This document shows positions 8,705-17,439 of a stretch of 60,266 bases of DNA, piece by piece; within the stretch, counting starts at the first letter, position 1, and the number at the start of each line of letters is the position of its first letter. Position numbers and translations under genes: made by a program. Under the pieces are notes generated by a model. It did not search any database, was not told the origin of the DNA, and was given only the letters and a program-made list of their open reading frames with translations. This DNA is from Fimbriimonadaceae bacterium (GTDB taxonomy: Bacteria; Armatimonadota; Fimbriimonadia; Fimbriimonadales; Fimbriimonadaceae): assembly GCA_046597875.1 (NCBI GenBank), contig JBKJJL010000224.1, positions 1 to 60,266 on the forward strand. Reading direction: 5' to 3'.

Positions 8705-9652
8705 TTAGCCTCCACTCGCGGACCCCTGCTTGAATTTAAACTTGCATTCGGGGAGCGGATTATCTGGGTTCGTTTTCCACGGTGCCGGCAACTCATTGCA
8801 TATTTTTTTTATCTGCCGGGCATCGCTGTCATAATGGCTAATAAGTGTTCTGCACATAAGGTCCGTTGACTTCCTCGTACATTTTTTTCTCCTGATGGTT
8901 TCCTCGAAACACCGCCGGGAAACCTTATAAGCACGGCATTCCGAGATTAGATTGGCTTGCTTAAACCAAACGAGGTACGTGTTTGTGCATTCGAAGCCCC
9001 CCGGGAGAATCAGGCCATTCGGAAGCATAAAGGAATCTAGGCATTCCTTTAACTTCATACAACATGCAGCATAATCTGTCCTATGCTGTTCTTCGTGTTG
9101 TACGATGCAATTGTTCAGGTAATGCGTCTTGGGTAAGCATATCCAGGCATAAGGGATTCCGGTGTCTGAGTTGCAGGCCGTAACGGCGATTCCGGTTGTC
9201 GGTTCCGCTCTGATAGGTATTCCGATAGAGTAACATCGGGGCACCTTTTGTTCCCCAACCGGGTCGAGGTCAGTGGTCGGATTGTTTCCGACATAGCCAT
9301 ATGGTGCCTCTCTCGGCCATAAAGAATCGCGCGTAGTCCAACCGGCACTCTCCGATCCATAATGCCGAGCCAAATTGTACTGTTCAGCGTGAGCAAGGCC
9401 ACTTGCCCGGCTCCCGGTATCCCCCGCCCACAGAAACTTGGGATCCGGCCCGCCTCCCGTTTTGGCAAGAAGGGCTCCAAATGGCTTGTGGCGGTAGGTA
9501 TTGACAACATCCGCATTCGAATCAACCGTCGCTGTGATACTGCCAAGGCCGTCCGTGAGGTAGTTGGTCCTCACGCCGTTCGTTGTCTCTCCCCTAAGCT
9601 TGCCGTTGACTGTGTGGTAGTTGGTTACGGGCACTGTATCTTCTCCTACCAT
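8705..9652 (-). CDS. RHS repeat-associated core domain protein with Cys-rich HExxH C-terminal tip (orphan Rhs/YD toxin module)
   Basis: 315 aa. Rhs core pattern YLTDGLGSITATVD..NTYRHKPFGALL..FLWAGDTG..YNLARHYGSESAGWTTRDSLWP..YGYVGNNPTTDLDPVG. This is followed by ~180 aa with 14 Cys and HEEQH. No YD-repeat shell or N-terminal domain is present. Confidence 0.75.
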   Translation of the reverse strand: MVGEDTVPVTNYHTVNGKLRGETTNGVRTNYLTDGLGSITATVDSNADVVNTYRHKPFGALLAKTGGGPDPKFLWAGDTGSRASGLAHAEQYNLARHYGSESAGWTTRDSLWPREAPYGYVGNNPTTDLDPVGEQKVPRCYSIGIPIRAEPTTGIAVTACNSDTGIPYAWICLPKTHYLNNCIVQHEEQHRTDYAACCMKLKECLDSFMLPNGLILPGGFECTNTYLVWFKQANLISECRAYKVSRRCFEETIRRKKCTRKSTDLMCRTLISHYDSDARQIKKICNELPAPWKTNPDNPLPECKFKFKQGSASGG

Positions 9653-9809
9653 CGGACATTACCACAATGTTTCCCTCGCTGATACTTTATTTTTTCCGCA
9701 GCATTGCGGCGTTTGCTCGGAATTTGGTTGTTCTTTTGCGAGGTCAAGTTGTCGAGGCCCAAGTCAGTCATGCTGGAGCATCGATGGCCTGGAGCGGATG
9801 ACCTCTGGT

Positions 9810-10742
9810 TTACCGCTTCTTCATCATCCGCCAGCCGGTCTTCGCTTCAAATCCCAGCTTCGCGTTGATGGCTCGCATGGGGGCGTTTCGGTCATCGTTG
9901 AACGTGTGCATGCGAAGGCATCCTTCCACGTTCGCCCAGCGGATGCCGGCCACCTTGAGCGCCATCGCAATGCCTCTTCCGCGGTGGCTTTGTACAACAC
10001 CAGTGAAGTCGGTCGTAAAATCGCCTCCCGACAGCGGACCCACCAGCGAAAGCCCAACCCAATCCCCATCGGCTCCAACCGCGATGATGCACCCCTCCGG
10101 GCGGAACCATCTCGCGTTGAAGATCGAAGGCTCCCATTCGTCAAACCCCGATTGTCCCCAAAGTTCTATTCCAGGCGTGTCCGAATCCGTTGAATAGTAG
10201 AGGTCAAACAGTTTCCGCCGGTTTGCCGGAGTATCACCTTGGACTTGCCATGAAGTCAGGTTTGCGCCGGGCCGGCTGGGATCCGTCCAGTTCTGGATAT
10301 CCAGCTCAACTCCATACAAGTGCTGTTCTTGCTCGTAGCCCGCGGCTTCTAGAAACCGGCGTTCCCGGTCGAGGTCGTCGCGGACCTTCGACATGAGCCA
10401 CTCCGCCTCGTGCTCCCTCGCGAATGCTTCTGCGACTTCGATCAGTCGCCTGCCTATGCCCTGTCGCTGCCATGGATCAGCAACCTCGGCGCGTACGAGG
10501 AAAATCTTCTTGTCGACCTGCGCGTGTACCGAGTTTGCATAGGCGACGACGTCCCCGGTCGAGTTTTCAAGGACCCACCGCGCGACCGGAAACTCCTTCG
10601 GATATCGCTCAAACCGGGCGCTCAAGGAATCTGGCGTCTCGGGCTCTTGCTCGAATCGGTTGAAGAGATCTGCCACTGTCGCCGCATCCCGGACTTCGTA
10701 CGGCCGAAGTCGAAGCCCTAATGGGAACTCATTTGAACTCAT
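9810..10742 (-). CDS. two-domain GNAT family N-acetyltransferase
   Basis: Start at MSSNEFPLGLRLRPYE (10742). Two acetyl-CoA-binding cores: VADPWQRQGIGRRLIE and VQSHRGRGIAMALK. Confidence 0.8.
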   Translation of the reverse strand: MSSNEFPLGLRLRPYEVRDAATVADLFNRFEQEPETPDSLSARFERYPKEFPVARWVLENSTGDVVAYANSVHAQVDKKIFLVRAEVADPWQRQGIGRRLIEVAEAFAREHEAEWLMSKVRDDLDRERRFLEAAGYEQEQHLYGVELDIQNWTDPSRPGANLTSWQVQGDTPANRRKLFDLYYSTDSDTPGIELWGQSGFDEWEPSIFNARWFRPEGCIIAVGADGDWVGLSLVGPLSGGDFTTDFTGVVQSHRGRGIAMALKVAGIRWANVEGCLRMHTFNDDRNAPMRAINAKLGFEAKTGWRMMKKR

Positions 10743-10786
10743 AAGCTCTATTGTGTCTGGTCGAATGTGCCGATAGGAATAATGAT

Positions 10787-11242
10787 ATGTTGGGCTTGTT
10801 CTTCTATACGGCAATGGCAGCGATCGCATCGGTGCTGCTTACGTTCATCTACTCGATGTTTCGGACGGTGAAATCGCGGGATGAATACAAGTCGTGGAAG
10901 ATCATGGTGATCTTCTTCGCGCTCGTCTTCTTCGGTCCTTATGGATACAACGAGTTTCTGACTCGCAAACTTGGGCCGGGCCTCAAGTCAGCGGTCGCGG
11001 ATGCTCTCTATGACGCGGGCGTCAACGGGAAAATCAACTATTTCAGAGTCGTCTCGACCAAAGGTGATACGGCCCGAGTGGTGGCGGTGACAACAGAGAA
11101 TCAAGACTGGGGCGGCACCGAGCGGCCAGTCGTGGCGGTCACGGTGAAGAAAGACCCGAAAGGCTGGAAGTCCGACACCTACATCGTGGTCAACTCAATA
11201 AGCCGCAATGCGGACAGTTATACGTTTCCGCCTTACTTTTGA
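10787..11242 (+). CDS. hypothetical membrane protein (two N-terminal TM helices)
   Basis: Start at MLGLFFYTAMAAIASVLLTFIY. Second TM segment WKIMVIFFALVFFGPYGY. No family recognised. Confidence 0.5.
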   Translation: MLGLFFYTAMAAIASVLLTFIYSMFRTVKSRDEYKSWKIMVIFFALVFFGPYGYNEFLTRKLGPGLKSAVADALYDAGVNGKINYFRVVSTKGDTARVVAVTTENQDWGGTERPVVAVTVKKDPKGWKSDTYIVVNSISRNADSYTFPPYF

Positions 11243-11248
11243 GCTGAT

Positions 11249-11281
11249 CGATAGGACCTATAAGACTTATAAGTCCTATCG
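11249..11281. repeat. 33-bp near-perfect AT-rich palindrome (possible operator or weak terminator)
   Basis: CGATAGGACCTATAAGACTTATAAGTCCTATCG has one central mismatch. It starts 7 nt after the stop of 10787..11242. No T-tract follows it. Confidence 0.5.
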
Positions 11282-11324
11282 GACCGATCCGTCCGATTCC
11301 CTTTCAGGCTAAACTAGTTTTACG

Positions 11325-11720
11325 ATGGACGGCGGGTTATTCGCGCTTTGGGTCGTCGCGTTGGCGTTTCTCACCTTTTGGCTGAGCCTCTATGTGTACG
11401 TTCTGTACGCCTTCGGCAAGAAGCTAGCGGGACGGTTTCGGCTCGCCGTTTCGCCTTTGCCCGCGGCAGTTGTCATCTCGGCATTGTCCCTTCTGATACC
11501 ACTGGCCGTTATCCCGTTTGACCTTCAGGCCCTCCCCAAGTTGACACTCATGTTTGGGTTGTGGCTCATTCATGCTCAAGCAATCTCGATCGGCTACTGG
11601 TCAGGCTACGATATCCTTCGAAAGCTGGACGAGGAACGGTGGGAACGCAACGCAGAGGAGTGGGTAACCGACTACGAAGAGCGTCCGCCAGAGTTTATGA
11701 AGGACTTTGAAGACCGGTAG
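11325..11720 (+). CDS. hypothetical multi-pass membrane protein
   Basis: 131 aa with 3-4 hydrophobic helices and an acidic C-terminal tail. No family recognised. Confidence 0.5.
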   Translation: MDGGLFALWVVALAFLTFWLSLYVYVLYAFGKKLAGRFRLAVSPLPAAVVISALSLLIPLAVIPFDLQALPKLTLMFGLWLIHAQAISIGYWSGYDILRKLDEERWERNAEEWVTDYEERPPEFMKDFEDR

Positions 11721-11722
11721 GC

Positions 11723-13078
11723 CTAAGCTTCCTCAGCGGCTACCTTTTTCTTCGCCGCGGGTTTCTTGTTCCGCGCGACAGGAGCTTCCGGGGCGCCGGC
11801 AATCTCGACTTCTTCAATCGTCGCGTGGGAGTTCAAGAAGTTCATTACTCGCCGATTGATTGACCTATGCGTCAGCTCTTGCAGGGCATTGTTTCGCTTC
11901 AATTCGTTAAACAATTCTTCGGGTGAAATCTTGAACTCGACCGCCATTTCCGTCAGTTCTAGGTTCAAATCTTGATCGTTGAGCTTCATCTCCTCTTTCA
12001 AGAAGATCTCTTGAATCGCCTGCGCTCGCTGCACAAACAACTTGGCTTCCGTCTTAACGGCCTCGACCAACTGATCGACCGTCATCCCGTTGTCCTCGGC
12101 GAACTGCTCGATCGTTTTCTTCTTTTCCTGCTGCTCCTTCGCGATGTCTTGGAGACGCTGATAGGCGACCTGCTCCCACATCGGATCTGGCACATGGATC
12201 GTGCTGGCACTGAGCAAATTATCGAGAAGCTGCTCGTTTACAAACTGTTGGGTTTGCTCAAGCTTTGCGGTCAGCATGACTTCCTTCAGTCGTGATTTGA
12301 GTTCGTTGATATTGCCAAGCTGGTACTGTTGCGCGAATGTGTCGTCCAGTTCCGGCATCTTAACCGAACTCACCGAGCGCACGGTGACTTGGCAGTGGTG
12401 TTTTTTGCCCGCCCAATCCTTCTCCTGGAAGCTGTCGGGGAAGGTTAAATCCGCGCTCTTCATGTCCTCGGCGTTCATTCCCAGGAGCATCGCGTCGAGA
12501 TCGGGGAACGTCTGTCCAGCGATGGTCATAAACGTTCGGCCATCCCCCGACTCACCGTCGGCTCGAATGTTCACTACCGTAACATCGCCTTCGCGAACGC
12601 CTCTATCGGTCACCGCTTCGCGGGTGGATTTGCGCTGGCGCATTTCTTCAACCTGGTGCTCGACCTCGGCGTCGTCGACGTCGATTTTGGTTCGCTGCGC
12701 TTTGAGGCTCTTGTAATCACCCAGTTCGACTTGTGGCTTCAATGGCACTTTGGCGGTGAACTCACATTCTTTCGCGTCCTCATCCAGCTTGCTGATTTCC
12801 ACCGCGGGACGGAGGAACGGCTCAAGTTCTTGCTCTTTAAGCGCAAGTTTGAAGGTAGCGTTGACGATGTGATCGGCCGCGGATTCGTAGAGGGCTTCTT
12901 TGTCTACGCTCTGTTTGACAAGATGTCTGGGCGCGTGGCCGGGACGAAAACCGGGGACCCGGACTTTCTTTCCGGCGTCCTTGTAGGCGCGATCGAATCC
13001 AGTCGTAACTTGCTCGGGGGCACAGACGATGTTCAAGCGAACGGTGCAAGGGTTCAGTTCTTCGCGGGTAACGGTCAT
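11723..13078 (-). CDS. tig: trigger factor (ribosome-associated chaperone/PPIase)
   Basis: Start set at MTVTREELNPCTVRLNIV (13078), matching the canonical trigger-factor N-terminus. Ribosome-binding signature VPGFRPGHAPRHLV. Lys/Ala-rich C-terminal tail. The track ORF extends to 13189. Confidence 0.9.
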   Translation of the reverse strand: MTVTREELNPCTVRLNIVCAPEQVTTGFDRAYKDAGKKVRVPGFRPGHAPRHLVKQSVDKEALYESAADHIVNATFKLALKEQELEPFLRPAVEISKLDEDAKECEFTAKVPLKPQVELGDYKSLKAQRTKIDVDDAEVEHQVEEMRQRKSTREAVTDRGVREGDVTVVNIRADGESGDGRTFMTIAGQTFPDLDAMLLGMNAEDMKSADLTFPDSFQEKDWAGKKHHCQVTVRSVSSVKMPELDDTFAQQYQLGNINELKSRLKEVMLTAKLEQTQQFVNEQLLDNLLSASTIHVPDPMWEQVAYQRLQDIAKEQQEKKKTIEQFAEDNGMTVDQLVEAVKTEAKLFVQRAQAIQEIFLKEEMKLNDQDLNLELTEMAVEFKISPEELFNELKRNNALQELTHRSINRRVMNFLNSHATIEEVEIAGAPEAPVARNKKPAAKKKVAAEEA

Positions 13079-13224
13079 GGGGCACTCAAAGACGCATTGA
13101 GCGTCGGTTGGAACCCAAGAGTTTACCCCCGCGCGAAGCGATTCGGGGCCCTGCAATGTCCTAATCTCATCTGGAGCCACGAAGTTCATAGACCCAGTTT
13201 GGAATCCTGATGTAAGATAAGCTC

Positions 13225-13902
13225 ATGCGCAAAGTCATTGTCCCCCTTAGTTCGTTGCTCGCCATTCTGGTAATTCTCGCCTGCGGAGGTGCGGGCGATC
13301 AACTCGGCGCGGTTCTGACCGCACCCGCCGTTCCATCTGGTGTCAGCGGAGCACCGGGGGCGGGCCAAGCCCAGCTTTCGTGGAATGCCAGTAATGGGGC
13401 GACTCACTACAATGTAAAGCGTTCAACCATCAGTGGAGGGCCGTACACCATCGTTGCAAACCCACCTGTACCAAGTTTCACGGACACGGGCCTGACAAAC
13501 GGAACCCCATATTTTTATGTCGTCAGCTCGGAGAATTTGGCGGGTGAAAGTTCAAACTCGGCGCAGGTGACCGTAACCCCGGCAACTGTTCCTGGTCCGG
13601 TCGACGTCAGCATCAACGCAAACTTCGCTCCCGTCACGATCCAAGCAAAGGCGGGGCAGGTTGTTCGGTGGACGAATAACGACTTCGCCGCCCATTCTGT
13701 CACAAACGACTTTGCGGGGGGTCCAGACAGCGAGGCCGCTCATCCGGGTGGAATGGCGGCAGGCATGGTCTACTCGTGGACCGTCCCCGCCGCGGCGGTT
13801 GTGGGGCGCAAGTACTTCTACCACTGCAGGTTCCACGGTGCCGCAGGCAATGGAGTCTCGCTGGGCCTGGGAATGGCGGGAGTTGTTCAGGTCATTCCCT
13901 GA
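13225..13902 (+). CDS. lipoprotein with FN3-like domain and C-terminal cupredoxin (plastocyanin/azurin-like) domain
   Basis: Lipobox LACGG. FN3-like segment PSGVSGAPGAGQAQLSWNASNGATHYNVKRS..GTPYFYVV. Cupredoxin ligand pattern H (AAHSV), C-x2-H (YHCRFHG) and M (LGMAG). Confidence 0.6.
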   Translation: MRKVIVPLSSLLAILVILACGGAGDQLGAVLTAPAVPSGVSGAPGAGQAQLSWNASNGATHYNVKRSTISGGPYTIVANPPVPSFTDTGLTNGTPYFYVVSSENLAGESSNSAQVTVTPATVPGPVDVSINANFAPVTIQAKAGQVVRWTNNDFAAHSVTNDFAGGPDSEAAHPGGMAAGMVYSWTVPAAAVVGRKYFYHCRFHGAAGNGVSLGLGMAGVVQVIP

Positions 13903-13929
13903 GGACGCAAACTGCGGTAGAACGGGCAT

Positions 13930-14781
13930 ATGCGACTTGCAGTTGTTCAGGCCGACGTCGTTTACGGTGATCCCAACGCGAACGTGGATCGGCTAGAGCG
14001 GGAGTTGGCCGTGCTGGATTCCCAGCACGTCGACTTAGCCGTCTTTCCCGAAGCGTTCTTGACTGGATATTGCGCCAACAGTAGGGAAGAAGCCCTGCGA
14101 ATCGCCCTACCATCGGCATGGGACAACCGCATCGAAGAAACGAGTGCCCCCCGTGCGGGGGCGGACATTTGGGATCGGATCGAAGGGTGCGTGCGGCGGT
14201 ATGGAGTTGGCGTAGTCGTCGGTTACGCTTCGAAGACGGATTCATTCCTTAGCAACGCGGCGACGATGTTGCTCCCGGGGAAAACTCCGATGACCTATCG
14301 GAAGACTCATCTTCCGTTTATGGGGATGGATCGCTTTGCATCGGCGGGATCGTACCTTCCGATTTTCGAGACGCCGTGGGGCAGGGTTGGAGTTCTAATC
14401 TGTTATGATCTCCGCCCTCCAGAGCCTTGCCGAGTTTTGGCGTTGGAAGGCGCAGATCTCATCCTTCTCCCCACCAACTGGCCCCGAAGCCAGACTGCTG
14501 ACCACTACACAATCGTGCGTTCAAGTGAAAACAAGGTCTTTCTCGCCGCGTGCAATCGGGTGGGAACGGAGAACGGAACGTCTTTTGTTGGTCTGTCAGG
14601 CGTTTACGATCCGTACGGCGCAGTTCTCGCTAAAGCTGGAGATCAGGAAGAGACATTGATCGTTGACATTGACCTGTCACAGGCTCGGGACAAGCGGAAC
14701 GTGATCGAACCCGGAGAGTACGAACTGGACCTTTGGGGGTGTCGCCAACCGCATCTTTACGGCACGATCGGGAAGTCTTAG
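13930..14781 (+). CDS. carbon-nitrogen hydrolase (nitrilase superfamily amidohydrolase)
   Basis: 283 aa. MRLAVVQ start, catalytic Glu context VFPEAF, Lys (YRKTHL) and Cys (GVLICYD). Confidence 0.85.
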   Translation: MRLAVVQADVVYGDPNANVDRLERELAVLDSQHVDLAVFPEAFLTGYCANSREEALRIALPSAWDNRIEETSAPRAGADIWDRIEGCVRRYGVGVVVGYASKTDSFLSNAATMLLPGKTPMTYRKTHLPFMGMDRFASAGSYLPIFETPWGRVGVLICYDLRPPEPCRVLALEGADLILLPTNWPRSQTADHYTIVRSSENKVFLAACNRVGTENGTSFVGLSGVYDPYGAVLAKAGDQEETLIVDIDLSQARDKRNVIEPGEYELDLWGCRQPHLYGTIGKS

Positions 14782-14877
14782 CCGAGAACCGTTTATCCAA
14801 CCGCACAAGTTCGTCCGTTCCGACTCAAGGAACAACTGACTCTGGTTAGAAACCGAAAGGTACAACGCATCTACAAC

Positions 14878-15624
14878 ATGTCCGACACCCTGGAACTGCT
14901 TGAAGCCACGTTGTTGCGGGGCTTGAAGCTATCGCGCACGCGACTTGATTCGGGTCCATTTTCCATTCTGTGGGTCGCGGATGATTCAACGGTTTGGATG
15001 AACTATGCGATGCCCATCGGCCCCGCGACAGCCGTTGACGTCGAAACTATGATTGAGTCGTTCAAATCTATCGGGCGTACGCCGAGGCTCGAGTTCTTCC
15101 AAGACCTGCATCCTGGCTTGGAAGCCCTGTTAGCCGGGAAGGGCTTTCAAACTGACCATTCCGCGCCGATCATGACGATGCCCTCAACGGTGTGGAAGGG
15201 AAGCCAGAGCGCCATTCCTATCTCGGTCGCCGGCCCGAGCGATGCCAAGATCCTCCTCACGCTCATGAACGCGGCCTTCGGGATGGAGGAGGCGAATACG
15301 AACGACACGCATACCGTTCAGGCGATCGCGGAGGGTAGGTACTTGGGGGCCGTGGCAAGCTGCGAAGGCGTGCCCGTGGCAGGAGGCTTTGCGGTAGGCG
15401 ATCGCCGGGTTCGTGAGATCGCGGGCATTGCGACCCTCGAATCTCACCGTCGGCGAGGGTACGGTGGCGCGATTATTGAGCACTTACTATCACGTTTCTT
15501 CGGGGACGGGGGCGAGGTTGCTTGGCTCACTCCTGGCGATGCGGGGGCGGAATCGCTGTACACAAAACTCGGATTTAAGCCGACCGGAACCCAACTCATC
15601 ATGTCGCTCCCGCCCTGCGAGTAG
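14878..15624 (+). CDS. GNAT family N-acetyltransferase
   Basis: 248 aa with a C-terminal acetyl-CoA-binding core LESHRRRGYGGAIIEHL. Confidence 0.75.
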   Translation: MSDTLELLEATLLRGLKLSRTRLDSGPFSILWVADDSTVWMNYAMPIGPATAVDVETMIESFKSIGRTPRLEFFQDLHPGLEALLAGKGFQTDHSAPIMTMPSTVWKGSQSAIPISVAGPSDAKILLTLMNAAFGMEEANTNDTHTVQAIAEGRYLGAVASCEGVPVAGGFAVGDRRVREIAGIATLESHRRRGYGGAIIEHLLSRFFGDGGEVAWLTPGDAGAESLYTKLGFKPTGTQLIMSLPPCE

Positions 15625-15633
15625 GTACAACCA

Positions 15634-16791
15634 ATGGCAATGAAGCAAAGGCTTAACGTCGGACTAATTGGATATCAGTTCATGGGCAAAGCCCACAGTA
15701 ACGCCTATCGCCAGGTCAATCGATTCTTCGATCTACCGATCGAGATCGGCATGCGCACGATCTGCGGCCGCAACGTTGGCGGGGTTAAGAAAGCTCAAGA
15801 GACACTGGGCTGGGACCAATATGAGACTGACTGGCGCAAGGTGATCGCAGACCCTGATATTCACATCATTGATGTAGTCACTCCTGGCAACACACATTGC
15901 GAAATCGTGTGTGCCGCTGCGGCAGCCGGAAAAATCGTCTTTTGCGAGAAACCAATCGGCAACACCCTCGCCGAGGCAAAACAGATGTTGGACGCCGTCG
16001 AAAAAGCAGGCGTCGCCAATGCGGTGTTTCATAGCTATCGCAAGGCCCCCGCCGTCGCCCTTGCAAAGAGAATGATTGAGGAGGGCCGGCTGGGCGAGAT
16101 TCATCACATGCGAGCGGTGTACCTTCAGGATTGGATCGCCGATCCCAAGTTCCCGCTCGTTTGGCGTCTCCAGAAGGAAATCGCGGGGAGTGGAGCTCAC
16201 GGCGACATCTGCGCCCACATCATTGACCTCGGGCGTCACTTGGTGGGGGAGTTCAACGAGCTAAGCGGGATGCTGCATACGTTCGTCAAGCGGCGGCCTC
16301 TCGTCGGTGCAACGGATGGAGGCCTCGCCGCAATCGCGAGTACCGAAATGGGCGATGTGACTGTTGATGATGCATCCAGCTTCATCTGCAACTTCAAGAA
16401 TGGGGCGATCGGCACGTTCGAGGCGACGCGTTTTGCAGTTGGACGAAAGAACCATAACCGGTTTGAAATTAATGGGTCCAAGGGATCGATCGTCTTTAAC
16501 TGCGAGCGAATGAACGAGCTTGAGTTCTTTGACAGCGCCGCTCCCGAGGGTTTGCAGGGTTTCACGCTCATCCAGGCCACCGAGAGTGCCCATCCGTATG
16601 CTGGTCACTATTGGCCGGCTGGACACATCATTGGTTACGAACACACGTTCGTTAACTTGATCGCGGACGCCCTGACCGCCATTGCCAAGGGTGAAGCGCC
16701 CTCTCCGAATATGAGGGACGGGTACGAGAACCAAAGGGTCCTTGACGCGGTTGAGCGCAGTTGGGCGGAGCGACGCTGGATCAGCTTGTAA
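15634..16791 (+). CDS. Gfo/Idh/MocA family NAD(P)-dependent oxidoreductase
   Basis: 385 aa. N-terminal Rossmann LNVGLIGYQFMGKAHSNAY, with EKP motif (FCEKPIG). Confidence 0.85.
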   Translation: MAMKQRLNVGLIGYQFMGKAHSNAYRQVNRFFDLPIEIGMRTICGRNVGGVKKAQETLGWDQYETDWRKVIADPDIHIIDVVTPGNTHCEIVCAAAAAGKIVFCEKPIGNTLAEAKQMLDAVEKAGVANAVFHSYRKAPAVALAKRMIEEGRLGEIHHMRAVYLQDWIADPKFPLVWRLQKEIAGSGAHGDICAHIIDLGRHLVGEFNELSGMLHTFVKRRPLVGATDGGLAAIASTEMGDVTVDDASSFICNFKNGAIGTFEATRFAVGRKNHNRFEINGSKGSIVFNCERMNELEFFDSAAPEGLQGFTLIQATESAHPYAGHYWPAGHIIGYEHTFVNLIADALTAIAKGEAPSPNMRDGYENQRVLDAVERSWAERRWISL

Positions 16792-16796
16792 AGCTG

Positions 16797-16835
16797 CAAA
16801 GAAAAGTGCCCCGCCAGTTACTACTGGCAGGGCAC
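16797..16835 (-). terminator. Rho-independent terminator of the PEP-CTERM gene (weaker in the + direction)
   Basis: On the minus strand: GUGCCCUGCCAG-UAGUAA-CUGGCGGGGCAC (12-bp stem with one G.U pair), followed by UUUUCUUUG. Confidence 0.7.
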
Positions 16836-16854
16836 ATTGAGTGGAGGATTAGCG

Positions 16855-17439
16855 TTACTTGTTTCGACGATTGCGCCGAAGCAAAGCGAGCGCGGGCAAA
16901 CCCAAGGCCAGCATCGTAGCGGGCTCGGGCACCGGCGAAGAAATGTTGTCCCAAACAACTGAGTTGCCGTTCGGCGTCGCACTTGTGCCACCAATGATGT
17001 AAGCGATGTTTGACCCCAGGACGGTTAACGACTGAGCAGGGAGCGTGGTGCCCCTGAAAACCGAACTCGAACCCACCACGGCATTGCTTGCGGTGTATGC
17101 GGTGAGTGTCACGGTGCCGTCATCGTCCGTGCCGTTATCGCCAAACCACACGGTGATGTCCGTCAGAGCCATGGAGAAGTCAATACGGATTGGCTTCCAG
17201 CTATTACTCGGAGCCGACACGCCACCTGCGAGCGAGATCGTGCCAAACGGAAGCGCCGCGGCACCGGCGGGATTGATGGCTGTCACCAATCCGCCAACGC
17301 CCGTCGCAGTTGCGGTGACGCCAGAGACAGTTTGAGCGTAAGACGCCGATGTCCCAGCCGTCAGATTTTCCCAGTTAAAAGTGACCGCATGCGATACGCC
17401 AACGACCAACAGACCTAAACCAATTAAAGTAAGTTTCAT
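16855..17439 (-). CDS. PEP-CTERM sorting domain-containing secreted protein
   Basis: Signal peptide MKLTLIGLGLLVVGVSHA. C-terminal VPEPATMLALGLPALALLRRNRRNK (PEP motif, TM helix, basic tail). Confidence 0.85.
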   Translation of the reverse strand: MKLTLIGLGLLVVGVSHAVTFNWENLTAGTSASYAQTVSGVTATATGVGGLVTAINPAGAAALPFGTISLAGGVSAPSNSWKPIRIDFSMALTDITVWFGDNGTDDDGTVTLTAYTASNAVVGSSSVFRGTTLPAQSLTVLGSNIAYIIGGTSATPNGNSVVWDNISSPVPEPATMLALGLPALALLRRNRRNK

